This document shows positions 7,080 through 15,321 of a stretch of 33,374 bases of DNA, one piece after another (position 1 is the stretch's first letter; each line of letters begins with the position of its first letter). The translations under genes were made by a program, and so were the position numbers. Below the pieces are notes generated by a model, which saw nothing but the letters and a program-made list of their open reading frames with translations, searched no databases and was not told the origin of the DNA. The stretch comes from Spirochaetaceae bacterium (GTDB lineage: Bacteria; Spirochaetota; Spirochaetia; B11-G9): NCBI GenBank assembly GCA_030600745.1, contig JAUVLL010000001.1, positions 1 through 33,374 of the forward strand. The letters run 5' to 3'.

Positions 7080-9182
7080 ATGAACAAACAGAAATATCTG
7101 GAACAGGTATACTCAGGGCTTCTGGGGATGTGCGCAGGTGTAAGACTTGGCGCCCCTGTGGAACCTACAATATGGACATACGAAAGAATCAAGGCCACCT
7201 ATGGGGATATCCGGGGGTATGTTAAAAACTACAGCAACTTTGCGGCAGATGATGACGTAAACGGGCCTGTATTTTTTATTAGATCTCTTTTGGATTTTAA
7301 ACCTCCTTTAACAGCAGAAAAAGTGGGAAAAACATGGCTTAACTATACCAGAGAGGGGATAGGTTTTTACTGGTGGGGTGGTTATGGCAGGAGTACTGAA
7401 CATACAGCTTATATAAACCTTAAAAATGGTATTCCTGCACCGGATTCCGGCAGTATAAAAGTTAACGGAAAAGCTATTGCAGAGCAGATAGGGGGTCAGA
7501 TTTTTATTGATTCATGGGGATTGGTTTTTCCTGATAATTACAAAAAAGCTGCTGAATATGCAAAGATGGCAGCAAGTGTCGGGCATGACGGTAATGGTAT
7601 CTACGGCGCTGTTTTTGTTGCAGCTTTAATTTCATTGGCATTTACCAGTTCTGATCTTCCATTAATGATAGATAGGGCTTTGGAACTTATTCCATCTGAC
7701 AGTGAATATACACGGGTTGTTAAATCAGTCCGTGATTTTTATTTATCAAATTCAAATACTGGACCGGATGACTGGAGAGCATGCAGGGATTTTCTTACAA
7801 GTGACTTTGGCTATGATAAGTATCCCGGTGTTTGCCACATAATACCCAACTCCGGTGTAATTGCCCTGGCTCTTTACTATGGTAGGGGGGATTTTGCAAG
7901 AACTATTGAGATAGCAACAATGAGCGGATGGGATACGGATTGTAATGCCGGGAACGTGGGTACCATACTTGGTGTTATGGCTGGTCCGGAAGGAATTCCG
8001 GAGCGTTACAGTAGACCAATAAATGACTTCCATGCTGCCAGCAGTATCTCCGGAGCATTAAACATTCTGGATCTGCCTACAGTGTCAAAGGAACTTGCTG
8101 TACTTGGGCTTAAGCAGTTAGAAGATGACATTCCTGACGAATGGGAAAAAGGTACCTTTTCTGATGATATTTACTTTGACTTTACTATTCCCGAAACCAC
8201 CCATGGACTCCGAACTTCCAGTGAGTATCTGACACCTCTGAAAGAAGGGGCTTGCCCCGGGGACGGAGGAAGGGGAAAAGTAACCTTTATACTTGACCGA
8301 ATAAAAGAGAAGGATGAATCAAAAATTTTCTACAAACCCTATTATAAAAGGGAAGACTTCGATGATGAACGATATTCTCCCACATTTACTCCACTCGTTT
8401 ATCCTGGTCAGATAATGCACATTGAAGCAATGGTAGAACGGTTCAGTGGTCGGGATATATGTATTGCACCATACGTTAGAGACTCATCAACAAAAAAAAT
8501 ACTTTTAGGTAAAGAATTTTCTCCTGAATCAGGAAAAGAAGTTATTGTGGATTGGATAATCCCGGATGTACCATTTGCTGTGGATGAAGCAGGTTTACTA
8601 ATAAGAGGAATTGACAGTGAAAAATTTTTAGGAGAACTTTGTATTTATAACTATTCCATATCCGGTAAAAAGAAGTTTCATATAGATTTTGCTGACGAAG
8701 TAAAGGAATTCGGCGGCCTTAGTCGATGTTCACTTACAGGTGGCTCCTGGAGCATAGAAGAGGGACAGCTAAATGTGATTACCAACGAAACCTTCGGACT
8801 CTATACGGGGCCATATTACTGCAGTGATTATACTGTGGAAACTGTTTTAACCCCGGAGTACGGGACAAGTCATCTTGTAATTTTTAGATCAATAGGTGCT
8901 GAAAGAGGTTATTATTTTGGTCTCAATGGAAATAATAAAGTTGCGTTAATAAAGAGGGACCATGAAAATATTGTTGTTGCAGAAACTGATTTTCCATGGA
9001 GTATTGGGAAGGATTATACTCTTAAAGTGGAAGCAGCAGGCAGGATATTCCGCTGCTTTATAGATGGGAAAGAACTTATTAATTTTGAAGATAAAAATCC
9101 GTTTCCGGCAGGAATGGCCGGTCTTGGCAAACTGGAACCTGGCAGGACCCTTTATAGCAGCATTACATTTTCGGAGAATTAA
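7080..9182 (+). CDS. ARH-fold hydrolase fused to a beta-rich middle region and a C-terminal ConA-like/LamG (DUF1080-type) domain
   Basis: The N-terminal ~330 aa show the ARH signature: 'GLLGMCAGVRLGAPVE', 'AADDDVNG', 'MSGWDTDCNAGNVGTILG'. The C-terminal ~160 aa (from about nt 8700) follow the lectin-like jelly-roll pattern ('GGSWSIEEGQL', 'YTVETVL', 'GYYFGL', 'YTLKVEAAGRIFRCFIDGKELINFED', 'GMAGLG'). No signal peptide is evident. Confidence 0.85.
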   Translation: MNKQKYLEQVYSGLLGMCAGVRLGAPVEPTIWTYERIKATYGDIRGYVKNYSNFAADDDVNGPVFFIRSLLDFKPPLTAEKVGKTWLNYTREGIGFYWWGGYGRSTEHTAYINLKNGIPAPDSGSIKVNGKAIAEQIGGQIFIDSWGLVFPDNYKKAAEYAKMAASVGHDGNGIYGAVFVAALISLAFTSSDLPLMIDRALELIPSDSEYTRVVKSVRDFYLSNSNTGPDDWRACRDFLTSDFGYDKYPGVCHIIPNSGVIALALYYGRGDFARTIEIATMSGWDTDCNAGNVGTILGVMAGPEGIPERYSRPINDFHAASSISGALNILDLPTVSKELAVLGLKQLEDDIPDEWEKGTFSDDIYFDFTIPETTHGLRTSSEYLTPLKEGACPGDGGRGKVTFILDRIKEKDESKIFYKPYYKREDFDDERYSPTFTPLVYPGQIMHIEAMVERFSGRDICIAPYVRDSSTKKILLGKEFSPESGKEVIVDWIIPDVPFAVDEAGLLIRGIDSEKFLGELCIYNYSISGKKKFHIDFADEVKEFGGLSRCSLTGGSWSIEEGQLNVITNETFGLYTGPYYCSDYTVETVLTPEYGTSHLVIFRSIGAERGYYFGLNGNNKVALIKRDHENIVVAETDFPWSIGKDYTLKVEAAGRIFRCFIDGKELINFEDKNPFPAGMAGLGKLEPGRTLYSSITFSEN

Positions 9183-10715
9183 ATGTCAAAACTATTTGAA
9201 TATCAAGGGAAAAAACTTCTTGAGGCGGGCGGTTTTAAAATCCCCAGGAGTATGATAATAAAATCTATAAGTGATGCAGAAGAAGTATTTGAAGAAATCG
9301 GATCAGGTGTACTTAAAGCCCAGGTTTTTACAACAGGAAGAGCTGCATTAGGACTTGTTAAATTCCCGGAGACTTTAAAAGATTTACATACTTATATCGG
9401 TGAAATGCTTAGTCAGAGTATTAAAGGTTATAAAATAGAAACCCTTCTTTTTGAGGAAAAACTGGATATTAAACAGGAATATTTTGCAGGAATTATCCTA
9501 TCGACCGGGAAATCTTCTCCTACACTTGTTTTCAGCTCAAAGGGAGGTTCGGGGATAGAAGAGATTGTCTCCAAATATCCTGAATCGGTTTTTTTTCTGG
9601 ATATTAATCCGGATAAAATCCCTCTGCCCTTTGAACTGATTCCTCTTTTAAAAGATACAGGTATTTCCGGTAGGATATTAAATCTTTTATCTTCCAGTCT
9701 TATATCTCTAATTAAGACAGCTATTAAAAATGAGGCAAAAAGTCTGGAGATCAATCCTCTTGTTCTTACTAAAGAGGGAAAGATTATTGCTGCTGACTGT
9801 CATATGACAGTTGATGACTATGCTGTTTTCAGGCATCCCGAATTTGGTATTGAGATAGCACGGGAGCTTGGTCATCCTCCGACTGAACTTGAAAAAATTG
9901 CCTGGGCCGTTGAAAAGGATGATTACAGGGGTACTTTCTATTTTATACAGATGGAGCAGAATTTTAAGAAAGGGGATGGTGTTCTCGGATTTCATGGAGC
10001 AGGAGGGGGCGGCTCGATGATGAGTATGGATGCACTTCAGACTTATGGGTACAAAGTAGCTAATTTTTGCGATACATCAGGAAATCCTCCCGCTTCAAAG
10101 ATATACCGGGCTGCAAAAATTATTCTTTCTCAAAAAAATATTGACGGATACTTTGGATCAGGTTCCGGTGTTGCCAGTCAGGAGCAGTTTCATAGCGCCA
10201 GAGGTATTGTAAAGGCATTGAGAGAAGTAGATCCGGACTTTTCTGTTGTTTTTAGACTGGGTGGAAACAGTGAAGATAAAGCAATAAGGATTTTGGAGGA
10301 TTATACTAAAGACTTAAATTGCAGTGTAAAGTGTTTTGGAAAAGATACTTCTGTAACCGAATGTGCAGGTGAGATGGATCGGATGATGAAAGAGGGAAGA
10401 GAAGAGAGGGGAGAAGATATAACTAATCCTGAACCCCATAAATTTGATTATAGTTTTTATACTGTTACAGGTGGAACTGTAAGTTTCGATTATTCTTTAT
10501 GTAAAACTTGTTTATCGAAGGTGTGTATTAAAGAATGTCAGGGTGGGATACTTAAGGAAGTAAACGGAGTCCCTGTTCTGAATATTACAAAGACCGAAGC
10601 GACATCAGGCAAGTGTACTGAATGTCTTGCCTGTGAGGTAGAGTGTCTGGCTATAGGAAATGGTGGAGGAAAGATTTTTCTTCCCATTGAGGGTCTGGAA
10701 GGAGGTGTTTCATAA
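9183..10715 (+). CDS. SucC/CcsA/AclB-like ATP-grasp subunit of an ADP-forming acyl-CoA (citryl-CoA-type) synthetase, with a C-terminal 2x[4Fe-4S]-ferredoxin-like Cys domain
   Basis: The N-terminus 'MSKLFEYQGKKLLEAGGFKIP' parallels the SucC N-terminus, and 'LEINPLV' is present. The C-terminus carries CKTCLSKVCIKEC and CTECLACEVEC. The start is directly contiguous with the upstream stop (TAAATG). Confidence 0.8.
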   Translation: MSKLFEYQGKKLLEAGGFKIPRSMIIKSISDAEEVFEEIGSGVLKAQVFTTGRAALGLVKFPETLKDLHTYIGEMLSQSIKGYKIETLLFEEKLDIKQEYFAGIILSTGKSSPTLVFSSKGGSGIEEIVSKYPESVFFLDINPDKIPLPFELIPLLKDTGISGRILNLLSSSLISLIKTAIKNEAKSLEINPLVLTKEGKIIAADCHMTVDDYAVFRHPEFGIEIARELGHPPTELEKIAWAVEKDDYRGTFYFIQMEQNFKKGDGVLGFHGAGGGGSMMSMDALQTYGYKVANFCDTSGNPPASKIYRAAKIILSQKNIDGYFGSGSGVASQEQFHSARGIVKALREVDPDFSVVFRLGGNSEDKAIRILEDYTKDLNCSVKCFGKDTSVTECAGEMDRMMKEGREERGEDITNPEPHKFDYSFYTVTGGTVSFDYSLCKTCLSKVCIKECQGGILKEVNGVPVLNITKTEATSGKCTECLACEVECLAIGNGGGKIFLPIEGLEGGVS

Positions 10716-11638
10716 TGAGCATACTCCCTGGCAAATCCGGGAAAGTTATTATACAGGGAATAACAGGAAGAGAGGGCCGGGCCAGAACAAAACTAATGGT
10801 CGATATTGGGACTAATGTTGTTGCCGGTGTTACTCCTGGACAGGGTGGAAGCAGGGGGGTCTGGGGAGTACCTGTTTATGACACTGTTAACGAAGCTGTA
10901 GAAATCCATGGAAACATTGATATAACCGTTGTTTTTGTTCCTGCGCCTCTGGTAAAAAATGCAGTTATTGAATCATTTGCTTCGGGTGTAAAACTTGCTG
11001 TAATTGTTCCGGACAGAGTTCCTGTTTATGATGTAATGGCAATTGCAAGGGCAGCCGGGGAATATGGAGCAAGGTTTACAGGTCCCAATACTCTTGGAGT
11101 TTTATCACCGGGGATAGGTGTCCTCGGTATGATCGGAGGGAATGCTGATAGTGTCAGGAAATGGTTTAAGCCCGGGCCCGTTGGAATTACCTCGAGAAGC
11201 GGAGGTCTTACAACCTCAACGGCCTACTATCTTAGTCAGGCTGGTATTGGTCAAAGTACAATAGTTCATGTTGGCGGAGATTCTATAATCGGTCTTCCCC
11301 ATCCGGAAGTAGTTAAGCTTTTTCAGGACGACCCTGAAACAAAACTAATAGTACTGCTTGGCGAAATTGGCGGTTCTCAGGAGGAGGATGTTGCAGAACT
11401 TATGTCAACTGGCAAAGTTACAAAACCGGTGGTAGCCTATGTGGGCGGAAGGGGAGCAAAAGAGGGTACCCAATTTTCCCATGCAGGTGCTATAATAGAG
11501 GGCAGCCGGGGCACGTATCAGGGTAAAGTAGATAGTCTAAGAGATGCGGGAGCAATAGTTGTTGATGATATTAGTTCTATCCCGGCCGAGGTAAAGAAAA
11601 TTTTAGATAAACTGGGGATTCCTTATGTCAGAGATTAG
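10715..11638 (+). CDS. SucD/CcsB-like CoA-binding alpha subunit of the succinyl-/citryl-CoA synthetase family
   Basis: 'KVIIQGITGREG', 'GVTPGQGG', 'VPVYDTVNEAV', 'GPNTLGV', 'SRSGGLT' and the phosphohistidine loop 'FSHAGAII' are all present. The start overlaps the upstream stop (TAATG) after a GGAAGGAGG SD. Confidence 0.88.
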   Translation: MSILPGKSGKVIIQGITGREGRARTKLMVDIGTNVVAGVTPGQGGSRGVWGVPVYDTVNEAVEIHGNIDITVVFVPAPLVKNAVIESFASGVKLAVIVPDRVPVYDVMAIARAAGEYGARFTGPNTLGVLSPGIGVLGMIGGNADSVRKWFKPGPVGITSRSGGLTTSTAYYLSQAGIGQSTIVHVGGDSIIGLPHPEVVKLFQDDPETKLIVLLGEIGGSQEEDVAELMSTGKVTKPVVAYVGGRGAKEGTQFSHAGAIIEGSRGTYQGKVDSLRDAGAIVVDDISSIPAEVKKILDKLGIPYVRD

Positions 11639-12455
11639 CTTAGATAAAAGGTCGGAAAATAATGGTGCAGTAACATGGGAAACAAAAATAACAGAAATTA
11701 AGAAAGATGAAATACGAATACAGGGATATCGCCTGGATGAGCTTATGGGAAAGCGCAGTTTTGGAGATATGGTATTTTTAATGTTGAAGGGAGAACTTCC
11801 CAGAGACAATGAAGGCAGAATGATGGATATTATGCTGGTTTCCTGTATAGATCATGGAGTAACTCCTCCATCAACCCTGGCTGCTCTGACTTCTGCATCT
11901 ACAGGGGCTCCTTATAATGGTGCTCTTGCAGCAGGTATTTTATCTATCAATGAGCATCATGGCGGAGCAATAGAGAACTCCATGCGAATGCTTATGGAAT
12001 TAAAAGAAATTTTAGATAGTTCCCAGGATTCAGGAAGAGACTTTACTGCTGCAGTAGGTAAACTTTTGGATATATATAAAAATGAGAATCGTAAACTCCC
12101 GGGATTTGGTCATAGAATTCATAAAAATGACCCCAGGACAGGTAAATTACTGGATTTTGCAGATGAATTTGGTCTTTCAGACAGCTGGGTCCGTTTACTG
12201 ACAGGACTTAAGGATGGTATTCAGAAATCTATAGGTAAGGATCTGCCAATAAATGTGGATGGTGCTATTGCGGCACTGCTGCTTGAGTTGGAAATTGCAC
12301 CGGAGCTGGCTAATTCCTTTTTTATAATGGCCAGGGTTCCCGGTCTTGTGGCTCATATTCATGAAGAAAAAACTATTCAGAAACCTATGAGATGTATAGA
12401 TCCGGTTAATCATATCTATACTGGTATTTCTGCCAGGGATATTCCGGAAAAATAG
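11625..12455 (+). CDS. Short citrate-synthase-fold protein, citryl-CoA lyase-like (resembles the ATP-citrate lyase C-terminal domain)
   Basis: 'INEHHGGA', 'GFGHRIHKNDPR' and 'PINVDG' correspond to the His/His/Asp catalytic positions of the citrate synthase family. At 276 aa it matches the short Ccl-type form rather than a full-length citrate synthase. It overlaps the SucD-like gene by 14 nt. Confidence 0.8.
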   Translation: MSEISLDKRSENNGAVTWETKITEIKKDEIRIQGYRLDELMGKRSFGDMVFLMLKGELPRDNEGRMMDIMLVSCIDHGVTPPSTLAALTSASTGAPYNGALAAGILSINEHHGGAIENSMRMLMELKEILDSSQDSGRDFTAAVGKLLDIYKNENRKLPGFGHRIHKNDPRTGKLLDFADEFGLSDSWVRLLTGLKDGIQKSIGKDLPINVDGAIAALLLELEIAPELANSFFIMARVPGLVAHIHEEKTIQKPMRCIDPVNHIYTGISARDIPEK

Positions 12456-12643
12456 CGGCAGGAGAAACACTTTTAGTTTGATAACATCGCAAATAGCTTT
12501 AATAAGCTGGATATTTTTATTAATAAATTTATATCATATATTTGCTTTCTTCCGTCTGTTCTTTTATTATTGTAAGTATAGGAGGTTGGCAATCCAATTA
12601 TTGAAGTGATGATTAAGAGCTATAATAGGCAGGAGTGTGTGTT

Positions 12644-12982
12644 ATGACAGATATCAGTTTTATGAATCATGAGGAAAGAGTGTTTTTAGCAGGATGTCTG
12701 GAGACTGTTGTTGTTGCTGATAGTAACATTGAAGAAAATGAGCTTGAAAATCTTGATAAAACAGTAGAAGAACTAAATTTTAAGGATTTTGATGATTGCC
12801 TTTCTGAATTTGACAGTACCATTAAAGATAGTGAGAGTTTTTTCGAAAAAGCAGAAATTATTACAAGGCCTGAAGTAAGAGATGCTGTTCTCAAGATTAT
12901 TTACGAATTTCTCAGGTCTAACGGTATCCCTGAAAAATCGGAAGAAGGCCTTTTTGAAAGACTCAGTAAATTATGGGCGTAG
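12644..12982 (+). CDS. Small acidic hypothetical protein, possibly TerB-like
   Basis: ATG at 12644 after an AGGCAGGAG SD (the track start at 12635 is a GTG). 'VVADSNIEENELENL' resembles the TerB-family 'ADG.i...E...L' motif. The functional call is weak. Confidence 0.5.
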   Translation: MTDISFMNHEERVFLAGCLETVVVADSNIEENELENLDKTVEELNFKDFDDCLSEFDSTIKDSESFFEKAEIITRPEVRDAVLKIIYEFLRSNGIPEKSEEGLFERLSKLWA

Positions 12983-13005
12983 AAGCACAATTCATCGTGC
13001 CTTAT

Positions 13006-13803
13006 TTACCTCAGTTTAAAATATTTTCGAATAAGTTTTCGGGTTTTTGTACTTCCTGCTACAAAGTTCTCAGGTGCTTTTGTTCTATCCATCAGGAATT
13101 TGTAGTTAACTTTCTCTCCTCCGTAGTACTCCAGGTCCAGTCCCGCTTTTCGGATAACAGCATGGGCTGCTGCAACATCCCAAATATAGCATGGGGTTAT
13201 AACTGCACCCTTTACGTCGCTGTGAAGGAGAGGAGCCATAATATTAACGACGGCACTGCCTGCACCCCGTAGTTTTTGTTTATAAGTGCTGTATTCAAAA
13301 ATCTGATGGACACCGGAACCCAGCATTAGCTGACCTGGAGAATCAAAATCAAAATTAGAAATATCCAGTTCTTTTCCGTTAACTTTTAAAGGTCCTCCGG
13401 GCATTAATGTTAAAAGACTTCCGTTACTTTCTACTATACCCCATCGCGGAGCATTGATTATAGCTCCCACAGGTTCAAAATCGGAGTTCAGTATTCCAAC
13501 AGCCAGACACCATCCGGGCATTCCCTGGCTGAATGAATCAGTTCCGTCTATCGGGTCAATAGTAAAGATCCACTTCCTGTTTGCTTTTATGTTGTCAGGT
13601 AAGGGGTTTTCTTCAGTAATGATATTTGAATCAGGGAAGTGTTCATTAATTTTATCAGTTAAAAGTTTATCAAGTGCAGTATCCACCTTTGTAAGTATAG
13701 AACCATCAGACTTGATTCTCCTGGATACAGTATGTTGTTCTGCTGCGGCATATTTACCTGCTGCTATTATATCCCTAACAAGATTATTAAAAGCTATTTC
13801 CAT
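13006..13803 (-). CDS. Inositol monophosphatase / CysQ-family phosphatase
   Basis: 'IDPIDGTDSF' (the DPIDGT motif) and 'WDVAAAHAVIRKAG' are the classic IMPase-family motifs. 265 aa. Confidence 0.9.
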   Translation of the reverse strand: MEIAFNNLVRDIIAAGKYAAAEQHTVSRRIKSDGSILTKVDTALDKLLTDKINEHFPDSNIITEENPLPDNIKANRKWIFTIDPIDGTDSFSQGMPGWCLAVGILNSDFEPVGAIINAPRWGIVESNGSLLTLMPGGPLKVNGKELDISNFDFDSPGQLMLGSGVHQIFEYSTYKQKLRGAGSAVVNIMAPLLHSDVKGAVITPCYIWDVAAAHAVIRKAGLDLEYYGGEKVNYKFLMDRTKAPENFVAGSTKTRKLIRKYFKLR

Positions 13804-13804
13804 T

Positions 13805-13999
13805 CTATATTCCTTTTACCTCGGCAAAATTAATAAGTACTTCAGGTTTAATAAAACCAAGTTCCATAGCGATAATTCCAAAAAGGGAGTCATTACCATC
13901 CGTTTGAACTTTTAGAACTGACTCAACATTCTCTTTTGTCATTATCCCTGCTCTTACAAGCCATTCACCTATTTTTTCATCACTATTTAATTTTTCCAT
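13805..13999 (-). CDS. Stand-alone MshEN / T2SSE_N-like mini-protein (putative c-di-GMP-binding module)
   Basis: 64 aa. 'KIGEWLVRAGIMTKENVESVLKVQ' fits the 24-residue MshEN motif RLGxxLLxxGLIxxxxLxxxLxxQ at every fixed position except R to K. A degenerate second motif, 'LFGIIAMELGFIKPEVL', follows. Its stop lies 1 nt from the IMPase ATG. Confidence 0.6.
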   Translation of the reverse strand: MEKLNSDEKIGEWLVRAGIMTKENVESVLKVQTDGNDSLFGIIAMELGFIKPEVLINFAEVKGI

Positions 14000-14072
14000 C
14001 TCTTATCCAGTTTAATGATATTGAACTTTAGTATAGTATATTTTCAAATACTACTCAATCTGGGAATATACT

Positions 14073-15320
14073 TTGAAAATAAAAAATATTAATTCTATAA
14101 AACTATTTGTATTAATTGTTATAGGTATCTTAACAATCATTGGACAAGGGCAAGCCCTGCCCCTACAACCGTCTCAAACTGTTCCAACCCTTAATGCCCG
14201 ATCTGCTATTCTTATTGACAGTCTGACAGGTGCTGTACTTTTTGAGAAAAATAGTAATCTTTCGATTCCTCCTGCATCCATGACAAAGCTCATGAGCCTC
14301 TATTTGGTTTACAAAGAGATAGCAGAAGGAAGAGTGTCAAAAGATGAGATAATTACAATAAGCAGGGAAGCAGATTTCAGGTCTTTCCCCCCAGGATCCT
14401 CCTTAATGTTTTTGGAGGAAGGACAGGAAGTATCTATATCAGATCTAATGCTTGGCCTGGCTGTCCCTTCAGGAAACGATGCGGCCATTGCAGCAGCACA
14501 GCGAATTGCAGGATCAGTGGAGCAATTTGTAGAGATGATGAACAGGGAAGTATTGAAGATGGGGTTTAAATCTGTTCATTTTGAAGATGCATCCGGACTC
14601 AGCGATAAAAATATGGTAACTGCAGCAGACTTTGTACAGTTCTGCTCAATTTATATAAACAGCTTTCCGGAGGCTCTGAATGAACTTCATTCGGTAAACT
14701 CTTTTACCTATCCAAAAAAGGGAAACTGGAAAACAAATGGAAATTCCGTTTATGGTCCAATAACCCAGTATAACAGAAATAATCTTCTGACAGCTTATGC
14801 TCCTATCGATGGATTAAAAACAGGATATATCGATGAATCAGGTTACAATGTAGCACTGACTGCCCAAAAAGATGATCGAAGACTGATTGCTGTTCTTCTT
14901 GGAGGTCCCGGAGAAACCAGTGCAGAAGGATCAATGCTCCGGGCGATAGACGGAGTAAATCTTCTGTCTTATGGGTTTTATAGTTTTACCAATATAAAAA
15001 GTGATATACCTGAATTTGCTCTTCCCAGGGTATGGAAGGGGACAAAAACTTATATTGAATTAAAGTTTCCGGAAATTCCAGTCCTTACACTTCCTGTGGA
15101 AAAAGCAGCAGTACTCAAAATCAGAGTGGAGCTTCCGGGAAATATTATTGCACCTATAAAAAAAGGGGATATTCTGGGAGAAATTATCCAGTTTGCAGAC
15201 GATGAAATTATTGATCAATATTCAATTACAGTAGCAGAAGATATTGAAACCAGCGGTTTTTTCAAACGATTCTTTGACAGTATAAGATTGTTTTTCCTGA
15301 AGATCACCGGTGATTTTTGA
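14073..15320 (+). CDS. Serine-type D-Ala-D-Ala carboxypeptidase (PBP5/6-like, peptidase S11)
   Basis: The SxxK 'SMTK', SxN 'SGND' and KTG 'KTGY' motifs occur in the correct order and spacing. A signal peptide is present. TTG start. Confidence 0.9.
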   Translation: MKIKNINSIKLFVLIVIGILTIIGQGQALPLQPSQTVPTLNARSAILIDSLTGAVLFEKNSNLSIPPASMTKLMSLYLVYKEIAEGRVSKDEIITISREADFRSFPPGSSLMFLEEGQEVSISDLMLGLAVPSGNDAAIAAAQRIAGSVEQFVEMMNREVLKMGFKSVHFEDASGLSDKNMVTAADFVQFCSIYINSFPEALNELHSVNSFTYPKKGNWKTNGNSVYGPITQYNRNNLLTAYAPIDGLKTGYIDESGYNVALTAQKDDRRLIAVLLGGPGETSAEGSMLRAIDGVNLLSYGFYSFTNIKSDIPEFALPRVWKGTKTYIELKFPEIPVLTLPVEKAAVLKIRVELPGNIIAPIKKGDILGEIIQFADDEIIDQYSITVAEDIETSGFFKRFFDSIRLFFLKITGDF

Positions 15321-15321
15321 C

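Noticed and set aside
2516-9995. Antisense or out-of-frame ORFs inside the operon genes (2516-2959, 2836-3051, 3271-3528, 4119-4475, 4618-4836, 4760-5248, 4989-5201, 5949-6206, 6647-7198, 6886-7071, 7752-8033, 9064-9255, 9428-9754, 9708-9995).
   Set aside because: All lie within, or opposite to, long ORFs with clear family motifs. Their sequences are low-complexity and typical of shadow frames in AT-rich DNA.
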